This document shows, piece after piece, positions 1-5,825 of a stretch of DNA of 9,457 nt (positions within the stretch are counted from its first letter, which is position 1; the number at the start of each line of letters is the position of its first letter). A program made the translations under genes and the position numbers. Under the pieces are notes generated by a model. The model was not told the origin of the DNA and ran no database searches. It was given only the letters and a program-made list of their open reading frames with translations. The DNA is from a virus (taxonomy: Duplodnaviria; Heunggongvirae; Uroviricota; Caudoviricetes): the IMG/VR virus record IMGVR_UViG_2657245660_000018; one strand, 5' to 3'.

Positions 1-173
1 TGTCAGTTATCATCTTCGGTTACGGTTATCGGCAGAACGCCCTGCCGCTGACAAGAGCTTATTTGCCTGACCAATCTACTCCACATGATAGATAACTATC
101 ATTTATAACATTTCATTGATTAGTCTTTATTTTTCACTATGTTACAAATAACAACTCCGTCAAAAACAGCGAA

Positions 174-197
174 ATTAACTACACCATTAACTACACC
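174..197. repeat. perfect tandem direct repeat, 2 x 12 bp (ATTAACTACACC)
   Basis: Read directly: attaactacacc at 174-185 and again at 186-197. Confidence 0.85.
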
Positions 198-203
198 GTT
201 TCA

Positions 204-240
204 CGAACAATATCGAACAACCACGAACAAAGATCAACAC
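204..240. repeat. helically phased short direct repeats (CGAACAA x3 plus TCAACAC, 10-bp period)
   Basis: CGAACAA at 204-210, 214-220, 224-230 and related TCAACAC at 234-240; the spacing is exactly 10 bp. Confidence 0.75.
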
Positions 241-293
241 GCTTTAACCGTTATCATTTTCCGGCCATCCGTTATGAAGCTGGTGGATGTTCC

Positions 294-396
294 CCGATAT
301 GGGTATCCCCACCTACCTGGCTTTTTTTCCGGTTAAATGTTAATCAGGCTGGTGGCCTTTACATACCCTTGATCACGGTAATGATGATTCAGGTGC
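294..396. repeat. copy 1 of a ~100-bp direct-repeat module (degenerate hairpin plus 83-bp core)
   Basis: Core 314-396 matches 851-933 at 81 of 83 positions. The preceding CCCGATATGG hairpin (294-313) is degenerate in this copy. The copy ends in a second hairpin, TTTTCCCC-agt-GGGGTAAAA, at about 401-420. Confidence 0.8.
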
Positions 397-536
397 GTAC
401 CTTTTCCCCAGTGGGGTAAAAGCTCCAACCGTAACGATGTTCGTTGTGGTTGCCTTGATGGTCTGCGTGGTCATTATGACCATTCAGAATTTGAAGGGTG
501 ATGTTTCCGATCTCCTCAAATTGAGGATTGTGGAAG

Positions 537-549
537 AATCAATGGGTTA
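537..549 (+). promoter_or_regulatory. exact match to IHF core consensus WATCAANNNNTTR (AATCAATGGGTTA)
   Basis: Consensus match read directly. It is part of a recurring AATCAATGGGTTAG unit. Confidence 0.5.
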
Positions 550-590
550 GTCTTACTTTCCCAACATCCCCCAATGGGGGTTTTCGAAAT

Positions 591-603
591 AATCAATGGG
601 TTA
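591..603 (+). promoter_or_regulatory. exact match to IHF core consensus (AATCAATGGGTTA)
   Basis: Second copy of the AATCAATGGGTTAGG unit. It is flanked by the palindrome CCATAGTGCA-attt-TGCACTATGG (606-629). Confidence 0.5.
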
Positions 604-742
604 GGCCATAGTGCAATTTTGCACTATGGAACAATTCCAACCAGTTATCGGCATCAGGCCCACCAGCCAACGCAATTTTGCGCTTTGCTTTAATCTCAGT
701 AAGTTACCGCGCCAATTTCCGCAGTCTGTGGAAATTGGGAAG

Positions 743-755
743 AATCAACGGGTTA
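743..755 (+). promoter_or_regulatory. exact match to IHF core consensus (AATCAACGGGTTA)
   Basis: Third copy of the unit, same orientation. Confidence 0.5.
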
Positions 756-796
756 GGCTGGTTTCCCCGATGTTCGCCGCTGGCGAATTTCGAAAA

Positions 797-809
797 TATC
801 AACCAGTTA
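797..809 (+). promoter_or_regulatory. exact match to IHF core consensus (TATCAACCAGTTA)
   Basis: Related unit. A degenerate fifth copy (TTCCAACCAGTTAT) lies at 635-648. The hairpin TTCGCC-gct-GGCGAA and the palindrome ATTTCGAAAT lie just upstream (774-795). Confidence 0.45.
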
Positions 810-818
810 CCGCCGTAT

Positions 819-933
819 CCCGATATGGTGATCCCCATATCGAGATTGGATACCTGGCTTTTTTTCCGGTTAAACGTTAATCAGGCTGGTGGGCTTTACA
901 TACCCTTGATCACGGTAATGATGATTCAGGTGC
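819..933. repeat. copy 2 of the ~100-bp direct-repeat module (hairpin 819-844 plus 83-bp core 851-933)
   Basis: CCCGATATGG (819-828) pairs with CCATATCGAG (835-844) at 9 of 10 positions. The core is near-identical to 314-396. Confidence 0.8.
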
Positions 934-936
934 TTC

Positions 937-962
937 CCCGATATGGTGATCCCCATATCGGG
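937..962. repeat. inverted repeat / hairpin CCCGATATGG-tgatcc-CCATATCGGG
   Basis: Perfect 10-bp stem with 6-nt loop, 17 nt beyond the capsid-homologue stop codon. Same motif as 819-844. No U-tract follows on the minus strand, so it is not a canonical intrinsic terminator. Confidence 0.75.
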
Positions 963-978
963 ATAGATGCTGGAAAAA

Positions 979-1902
979 TCAGCTTTTCGCCAGAACGGTG
1001 ACGGCCTTATCGAGTTTTTGCCATCCGCAATAGGTGATTGCCCTGAACGCTGTAGCGTCATTCTGGAAAAGGCTAACCGCCCCTGATTCGGTTTTTATTA
1101 CCGCCTCATCAGTTGGGGTTATAACCGTGGCTTCAACGTTAATAATCAGCTTTTGAGCGTCTATCAGCATCATGCGATCCGCCTGTTCGCTCACAATTAC
1201 CGGTATTCTCAAAAGCTCTATCTGCCAGAACTCAGCATCAGTAAGCTGTAAGGCGTTTTCTACGGGCAATATTAGCGACGACGTGGAAAGCGTGTTACCG
1301 TTCGCTATGTGCTTTTTGAAAATCTCTATGAAGTTTTCGGCCTCATCAGCACCATTAAGCACGCCCTCAGGGGATACGCCAGCCACCTCCTGATCACTGG
1401 AAAGAAATTTTTTATCTATTTCTTTCACCGATTCCGATGTGATCAAGTCTCTGATCGCTGAATTTGTACCAGGGGTGCTAAATTTGATTAGCTCGTTATT
1501 CAGCATCACAATAGCGCCAAGTTTGCACAATTTTAGCGCACTTTCGTTTACTTCTCCCTCTTTGACAGGGATTTCTTCGGCTTCTTTAAGCCATTTACTA
1601 CCCTTGCCTGATATTGAATGCAATTTTGCGCCAAACGGAAGATTAAGCGCGCTGCTGATTAGCTTGCCTGGTACAGACTGCGAAAAAATATACTCGCCAA
1701 GCTCTCTTACTATCGGCTCTGCCACCAGCGACGGCATGTTATCCGTAGTCATTCTGTTGACGATGGATTTTTCAAGAAATTTCGATACTGCCGGATCATT
1801 TCTTTTCGTCATCTCTATAGCGTCAGCATGGCTAAATTTACACGATGCCAGCACGCTGGCGGCGCGAACTGCTGACACGCCTTTCATGTTTTTACAGATC
1901 AT
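979..1902 (-). CDS. HK97-fold major capsid protein homologue (307 aa); possibly a capsid-size-redirecting capsid paralogue
   Basis: ATG at 1902 preceded by GGAGGAGGAAG. Two stretches resemble conserved blocks of the HK97-type Phage_capsid family: NSAIRDLITSESVKEIDKKFLSSDQEVAGVSPEGVLNG, and ELLRIPVIVSEQ with a C-terminal AFRAITYCGW. This is recognised by eye, not by search. At 307 aa it is short for a capsid protein with an N-terminal delta domain. Confidence 0.7.
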   Translation of the reverse strand: MICKNMKGVSAVRAASVLASCKFSHADAIEMTKRNDPAVSKFLEKSIVNRMTTDNMPSLVAEPIVRELGEYIFSQSVPGKLISSALNLPFGAKLHSISGKGSKWLKEAEEIPVKEGEVNESALKLCKLGAIVMLNNELIKFSTPGTNSAIRDLITSESVKEIDKKFLSSDQEVAGVSPEGVLNGADEAENFIEIFKKHIANGNTLSTSSLILPVENALQLTDAEFWQIELLRIPVIVSEQADRMMLIDAQKLIINVEATVITPTDEAVIKTESGAVSLFQNDATAFRAITYCGWQKLDKAVTVLAKS

Positions 1903-2053
1903 CTTCTTCCTCCTCCTGGAAGCACGGGTTTAGTGTTTCGTGAAAATATGGCATCAGAACAGCGGCGGCCTGTAACCGTATTTCGGTCGACTGCTGCTTG
2001 TCGTTCATGATTTCCGTGAGTACATCAATAGGGTCTGTGATGTATTCGCTCAT
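1892..2053 (-). CDS. small hypothetical protein (53 aa, acidic C-terminus), not in the supplied ORF track
   Basis: ATG at 2051-2053 with GAGGT 7 nt upstream; translates to MSEYITDPIDVLTEIMNDKQQSTEIRLQAAAVLMPYFHETLNPCFQEEEEDDL. Its 3' end overlaps the capsid-homologue RBS and start. The RLQAAAVLMPY segment loosely recalls the C-terminal motif of some Terminase_2 small subunits. Confidence 0.4.
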   Translation of the reverse strand: MSEYITDPIDVLTEIMNDKQQSTEIRLQAAAVLMPYFHETLNPCFQEEEEDDL

Positions 2054-2064
2054 AGTTCGCTACC

Positions 2065-2553
2065 TCAGTGTTTTAAGTCTGTTGGTGGCTTAGGGATGGG
2101 GAACCGATTTGAGTAGACACTAGCGGCATTGAGTTTTTTAACCTCTTTTTTCCCAATGCTGCCGATCTTGCGGTGGGTGAACTGGGCCAGCTTAAACGCG
2201 GCATCTAAAGCCAGTTTTGGATCTGTGTCCATGTTGTCAATCAGTATCCTGCCCATTGCTTTGATGGGGTCGGGTAGGCCGTTATCCATCATCTCAATGG
2301 TGTTAATTGATGCCCGTTCCGGTGTAACTTTTTCGGTAACTTTCTTTGTAACTTTTTTCGGTTTTGTAACCTGAAAAGTTACATCAGAAGTTACAGCCTT
2401 AAGATACTTTTTCACCTCAGGATCGTTGGATAGCTGCCAGCCTTTAACCCTTGCGGTCTTTTCGCTGTATCCCGCATGTATAGCGGCTTCCGTGGGATTT
2501 GCGCCCCTTGATAACGCATCAGCAAACCGCTTTTTTTTGGTCGTTAATGCCAT
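2065..2553 (-). CDS. terS: terminase small subunit (TerS, Terminase_2-like N-terminal HTH), 162 aa
   Basis: The protein from the internal Met reads MALTTKKKRFADALSRGANPTEAAIHAGYSEKTARVKGWQLSNDPEVKKYLKA, which matches the TerS N-terminal DNA-binding signature (KKxRF...AAIxAGYSEKTA). GAGG lies 8 nt upstream of the ATG at 2551-2553. The track ORF begins at GTG 2694 and would add 47 residues of implausible composition. A low-complexity VTKPKKVTKKVTEKVT repeat follows the HTH. Confidence 0.8.
   Translation of the reverse strand: MALTTKKKRFADALSRGANPTEAAIHAGYSEKTARVKGWQLSNDPEVKKYLKAVTSDVTFQVTKPKKVTKKVTEKVTPERASINTIEMMDNGLPDPIKAMGRILIDNMDTDPKLALDAAFKLAQFTHRKIGSIGKKEVKKLNAASVYSNRFPIPKPPTDLKH
2324..2394. 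repeat. periodic GTAAC / GTTAC array inside terS (candidate pac or TerS-binding site)
   Basis: GTAAC at 2324, 2336, 2348 and 2366 (12, 12 and 18 bp apart), then inverted GTTAC at 2378 and 2390. Includes the palindrome TGTAAC-ctgaaaa-GTTACA. Confidence 0.6.
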
Positions 2554-2577
2554 GCAAAAACCTCGTTTTGAGGGGGT

Positions 2578-2601
2578 GTAACTTTTCGTGTAACTTTTTT
2601 G
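2578..2601. repeat. two more TGTAACTTTT direct repeats (12-bp spacing) in the terS leader
   Basis: tgtaacttttcg at 2578-2589 and tgtaactttttt at 2590-2601, 25 nt upstream of the terS ATG on the minus strand. Confidence 0.6.
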
Positions 2602-2671
2602 AAAAGCAAAATTTTCTACGAATGAGACGGGGGGCGGTGTCCAGGGTGATCGACTTTCCGGCCGGAACACT

Positions 2672-2680
2672 CCCCCCCCC
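2672..2680. repeat. homopolymeric tract, 9 x C (G9 on the coding strand)
   Basis: tccccccccc read directly at 2671-2680, between the stop of the 2684-2845 ORF and terS. It sits immediately after an in-frame ATG (2680-2682) of the extended terS reading frame. Confidence 0.9.
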
Positions 2681-2683
2681 ATG

Positions 2684-2845
2684 TCATTGCTCACCGAGTA
2701 ACGAGATCAGGCCTTCAACTTCATTACTCAGCTTGTTTATTCGTGTCTCAAGCTCTGCGATCTTTTCCATCAATGGCGCTATAGTGTCTCTTGTTTCCTC
2801 GCCAATGGCCTTAATGATGCTTGCCTCGCGTTCTGTGATAGCCAT
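2684..2845 (-). CDS. small hypothetical protein (53 aa, predicted helical / coiled-coil-like), not in the supplied ORF track
   Basis: ATG at 2843-2845 with GGTGAGG 8 nt upstream; translates to MAITEREASIIKAIGEETRDTIAPLMEKIAELETRINKLSNEVEGLISLLGEQ. It starts 3 nt after the stop of the upstream 64-aa gene, and its TGA stop is at 2684-2686. Confidence 0.5.
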   Translation of the reverse strand: MAITEREASIIKAIGEETRDTIAPLMEKIAELETRINKLSNEVEGLISLLGEQ

Positions 2846-2848
2846 TTG

Positions 2849-3043
2849 TTATGCCTCACCTGTTGCAATGCCCAGTCTTTCGCGTAACAGCACACGTGCA
2901 AGATGACCTATTGTTGGCGTGGCGGCTCTGCCGTATATACCAGCTTCATTCATCCGGCGAATAACATCGAATTGAAGTTTTTTAAGCTCGTTTAGGATCT
3001 CGTGATCAATCATCACGGTAGCGCTTTGCTTTATCTCTTCCAC
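2849..3043 (-). CDS. small hypothetical protein (64 aa), first gene of the packaging operon; possibly DNA-binding
   Basis: GTG start at 3041-3043 with a strong AGGAGG 7 nt upstream. An AT-rich putative promoter lies at 3060-3110 (TTGATT ... AATACT on the minus strand). No family recognised. Confidence 0.5.
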   Translation of the reverse strand: MEEIKQSATVMIDHEILNELKKLQFDVIRRMNEAGIYGRAATPTIGHLARVLLRERLGIATGEA

Positions 3044-3130
3044 TTTGTTTCCTCCTGATACTTATCATCGCATAATCAGTATTTTCGATAGATTATCATT
3101 AATCAACCATTTTTTAAGATATGAGAGATC

Positions 3131-3155
3131 GAAAAAAAGCCGGATTGCTCCGGCT
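3131..3155 (-). terminator. rho-independent terminator (minus-strand transcripts)
   Basis: Stem AGCCGGA (3138-3144) and TCCGGCT (3149-3155) with loop TTGC. On the minus strand it is followed by a U7 tract (plus-strand A-run 3131-3137). It lies 19 nt after the stop of the 3174-3482 gene. Confidence 0.8.
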
Positions 3156-3173
3156 ATGTGCTCACTCCTTCGG

Positions 3174-3482
3174 TTATTCTCCAGTGCTTTTAACGTTGAT
3201 GGTTGTTACCTGTTCCGCTTCTGCAATCTCCCGCTCTGTCAGCGTGGCAAAGTTTGCCGCCGCCGTGGTCATGAATGCGCTTATTAGTTCGGGATTCTCC
3301 TTCGCGTATCCTTCCCGTGTGTGGCGGTCTATAACTTTGATTGCCACCTTTAGGGAAAGCTCTGTCATGTCTAACGCTTTATATTTTTGCTGTGTTCTGT
3401 CTCTGCGCATTTTGGTCATTTGTCGCCCCTGATTCATGTTTTCGGTCGGCATGTTTGTTAAGTGATTTTGATGTATGCACAT
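3174..3482 (-). CDS. hypothetical protein (81-102 aa) downstream of the origin
   Basis: ORF from the track. The most plausible start is the ATG at 3417-3419 (AGGGG 6 nt upstream), giving 81 aa; the ATG at 3482 has a more distant G-rich stretch. No family recognised. Confidence 0.5.
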   Translation of the reverse strand: MCIHQNHLTNMPTENMNQGRQMTKMRRDRTQQKYKALDMTELSLKVAIKVIDRHTREGYAKENPELISAFMTTAAANFATLTEREIAEAEQVTTINVKSTGE

Positions 3483-3530
3483 TTATTTTTACCCCCCTCG
3501 TTTAAAAAGTTTTAGGTTGTGGTGCACCTC

Positions 3531-3755
3531 CTCTACCTCTTCTACCTAATCATCTTTCAGGTCAGTAATGGCGCGGCTTTCAGATGGGTAGAGGACTTTT
3601 CGTGGCCCTCTACCCATCCTCTACCCGCCCCTCACAAACGACCTTAATCATGGTAGAGGGGGTAGAGGGGTTTTATTAGCCTTCTACCTATCCCTCTACC
3701 CACTTATCATGTTGAATAATATGCGTTTATTTCATTCAGGTAGATGGGGTAGAGG
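3531..3755. repeat. iteron array, candidate replication origin (11 copies of GGTAGAGG / CTCTACC in alternating orientation)
   Basis: CTCTACC at 3531, 3540, 3608, 3619, 3682 and 3694; GGTAGAGG at 3587, 3652, 3661, 3739 (GGTAGAT variant) and 3748. Paired copies are 9-12 bp apart. AT-rich stretches flank the array (3481-3515, 3761-3780). It lies immediately 3' of the primase gene. Confidence 0.75.
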
Positions 3756-3769
3756 GCTTTTACAAAAAA

Positions 3770-5524
3770 TTATAAAAACGCGTCACAATCATCCGTTGTA
3801 ATTGCGTTGGTCTGCGTTACTCCCTTAACTTTTCGCGTAATATATTCATGTCCGTAAACTTTCGCCGCTGGCTTCATGGCCTTGCTGAAATCAGCCACGT
3901 TTAGCGGCTTGCTTCTTCCTGCGTATGCCATAAACGCCAGATAGACGCGGTAAAGGCTGTTTCTGGTCGTGTACTTCACGGAATCGCCACCGCCACCCAT
4001 CATCAGGCCGCGCGCTTCCTCCAGAAAATTCAGGAACTGGCAAAACTCAATAACCGGATCTGTCTGTTGCTTTATCGCCAGTGCTTCATCACCGTCGCGC
4101 TGTTCCAGTAATAAAGCCCGTGCCTTTTCAGGGTCAGCAAAATTAGCCAGCAAGCGGCGGATAATCACAGGGATTTCAGCCGCGACCTTCTCCGGCAAAT
4201 CCTTGTCCTTTTCTGCCTCGCTAACGATATTGTCAAAGCGAAAAATAACCCGACGACGTGCCACGCCTCCGGCCCGTTCGGTGAATATCATCGGGTTGTT
4301 GTTGGTCGCCAGCACCACCGCCCTGATTACCGCCGTGAAACGCTTTTCATATTTCGGGTTAATTTCCACGGGGTCGCCGCCCGTGATTTTCTTGATGCCC
4401 GTTCCTTCGCCTGTATATTTCGGCTGGTCAGCCAGGACGATAAGACGACTCCCGACAACCTGCGCGCGCCCTCCTGCATCATCGAGTGATGTCATTTCAG
4501 CGCTTACCGTGTTCTGTTTCCCTGCCAGAAGGCTGGCTATGTGCGTGAATGTACTTTTACCGCTACCGCCGTCTCCGGTGGCCTCAATAAACATCTGCCA
4601 GTCGTACCGGTTCGCCATAATCATGTACAGCGCGGCACATATACGCATCATCTTGCGCGGGTCTTTTCCGGCTGCGTGATCAAGCCATTTGTGAAAGTTT
4701 GGCGCGTTGTCGCGAATGTTCTCCCCAGGTGCTGGTGGCGTGTACTCAATGCCGTTGTGCGTGGTGATCCAGTTCTCCGGCGTGTGCGGGGAAAATTCCC
4801 CCGTTTTCAGGTCAAGCGCACCATTGGCGAACGGCAGCAAATCGCAGGACGGCTCCCCCATTGGTTCGGCAATAACTTTTAACGCTTCAACGGCGTTATT
4901 GATTACGCGCTTGCTGAAAGTGGCCCTGTGCTCTGAATAGATCGCCACCATTTCGCGGCTAAGTTCCATTGTGCTGACCGGACACCATAACCCGCCGCGC
5001 CATACGTGAACGATTTCACTTTCAGGATGTACGCAAACGCCATCAAAGCGATCGGAAAGCAGCTGAGCGCGTTCACTGTCCGCCATCTGCGAAAGTTGCG
5101 CCTTTTGCTTTACCGGAAGCTCAACGAACAGACCTTCAGAAAGATTCTGGCGCTCACGGGCCAGATATTCGCGCCAGTTCTCCACCTCCTGAACGTGCAT
5201 TCCCTCAGGGTAAAAATTTGCATCCTGTACACCTGCCGCCGCCAGCTTCTGACCAATCGCCTTTATCATTACTGGCGCAAGATATCCGGCCCTGAATATG
5301 CGTACTGATTTTCGGCCTTCCGGCACAATTTGCAGCTTATCCAGTTCGGATAACTGCTGATCCCCAAGCCACACAGGAGGCTCATTATCTCCGGCTATAC
5401 GCGCGTCATGTTCCTGCCACTGTTTTGCATGTGCCCACGCATCACTACCCGCGAAAATAATTACCTCTGTGTCTTTGTGTTTTATTCCGCGTGACTGCTG
5501 TTTTACGTTCGGTGCAAGTTTCAT
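3770..5524 (-). CDS. replicative primase-helicase, P4 / D5 family C-terminal NTPase domain (584 aa)
   Basis: Walker A GDGGSGKST, followed by RLIVLADQP and ITGGDPVEINPKYEK as in the phage/plasmid primase P4-family C-terminal domain. The N-terminal ~250 aa is not assigned. GGGGT lies 6 nt upstream of the ATG, which overlaps the stop of the upstream gene (ATGA at 5521-5524). Confidence 0.85.
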   Translation of the reverse strand: MKLAPNVKQQSRGIKHKDTEVIIFAGSDAWAHAKQWQEHDARIAGDNEPPVWLGDQQLSELDKLQIVPEGRKSVRIFRAGYLAPVMIKAIGQKLAAAGVQDANFYPEGMHVQEVENWREYLARERQNLSEGLFVELPVKQKAQLSQMADSERAQLLSDRFDGVCVHPESEIVHVWRGGLWCPVSTMELSREMVAIYSEHRATFSKRVINNAVEALKVIAEPMGEPSCDLLPFANGALDLKTGEFSPHTPENWITTHNGIEYTPPAPGENIRDNAPNFHKWLDHAAGKDPRKMMRICAALYMIMANRYDWQMFIEATGDGGSGKSTFTHIASLLAGKQNTVSAEMTSLDDAGGRAQVVGSRLIVLADQPKYTGEGTGIKKITGGDPVEINPKYEKRFTAVIRAVVLATNNNPMIFTERAGGVARRRVIFRFDNIVSEAEKDKDLPEKVAAEIPVIIRRLLANFADPEKARALLLEQRDGDEALAIKQQTDPVIEFCQFLNFLEEARGLMMGGGGDSVKYTTRNSLYRVYLAFMAYAGRSKPLNVADFSKAMKPAAKVYGHEYITRKVKGVTQTNAITTDDCDAFL

Positions 5525-5820
5525 TTTTTACCCCTGAATACGTTAAGCATCTTTTTTATTTCCTGAATATTGGCGCGTGCTTTCTCCCTGCTGGTGGGCA
5601 CGTTACGCGGTACAGCCTGCACCAGAGAAAAATCACGATCGAACTGATAAACAGGCATAACGCAATCATATTCGTAGCCTTCACGGCGGTAAGTTACGCG
5701 CCGTTCCTCCACGCCCTTAATCATTACCGTGCCGCCGTACTTATCGCGGTAAATATCCCCGCACATGAATTTAGTGCGAGTTTTGCCGCTGGCAGTTAAG
5801 CCAGGATATTTAAGTTTCAT
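5521..5820 (-). CDS. hypothetical protein (99 aa), translationally coupled to the primase
   Basis: ATG at 5818-5820 with GGAGA upstream. Its stop overlaps the primase start. No family recognised. Confidence 0.55.
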   Translation of the reverse strand: MKLKYPGLTASGKTRTKFMCGDIYRDKYGGTVMIKGVEERRVTYRREGYEYDCVMPVYQFDRDFSLVQAVPRNVPTSREKARANIQEIKKMLNVFRGKK

Positions 5821-5825
5821 TATTT

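Noticed and set aside
567-600. tRNA gene suggested by the TTCGAA T-loop-like motif
   Set aside because: No flanking complementary stems for a cloverleaf. The motif is part of the palindrome ATTTCGAAAT.
530-960. CRISPR array
   Set aside because: The repeats are not identical, not regularly spaced, and are mixed with unrelated palindromes. No leader or cas genes.
139-1001. Plus-strand ORFs 139-336, 611-880 and 678-1001 in the left repeat region
   Set aside because: They are built from the repeat and hairpin sequences (for example LTTPLTTP from the 12-bp tandem repeat, PRYGDPHI from the CCCGATATGG hairpins), have no RBS, and overlap one another.
1172-1933. Plus-strand ORFs 1172-1393 and 1439-1933
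   Set aside because: Antisense shadow frames of the capsid-homologue gene.
2554-2694. N-terminal extension of TerS from GTG 2694
   Set aside because: The 47 extra residues have implausible composition, and canonical TerS proteins begin at the HTH. The start at 2553 with GAGG is preferred, though the G9 tract makes the alternative worth noting.
2129-2906. Plus-strand ORFs 2129-2374 and 2499-2906
   Set aside because: Antisense to terS and to the two RBS-supported small minus-strand genes.
3045-3432. Plus-strand ORFs 3045-3287 and 3121-3432
   Set aside because: They overlap the minus-strand terminator and the 3174-3482 gene. No RBS, and Cys/Arg/Leu-rich shadow composition.
3969-5308. Plus-strand track ORFs 3969-4679, 4541-4882, 4707-4940 and 5006-5308
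   Set aside because: They lie entirely antisense within the well-supported primase gene, have Ser/Arg/Pro-rich composition typical of shadow frames, and lack a convincing RBS.
5491-5799. Plus-strand ORF 5491-5799 (102 aa)
   Set aside because: Antisense to the 99-aa gene that is translationally coupled to the primase. No RBS and non-protein-like composition.
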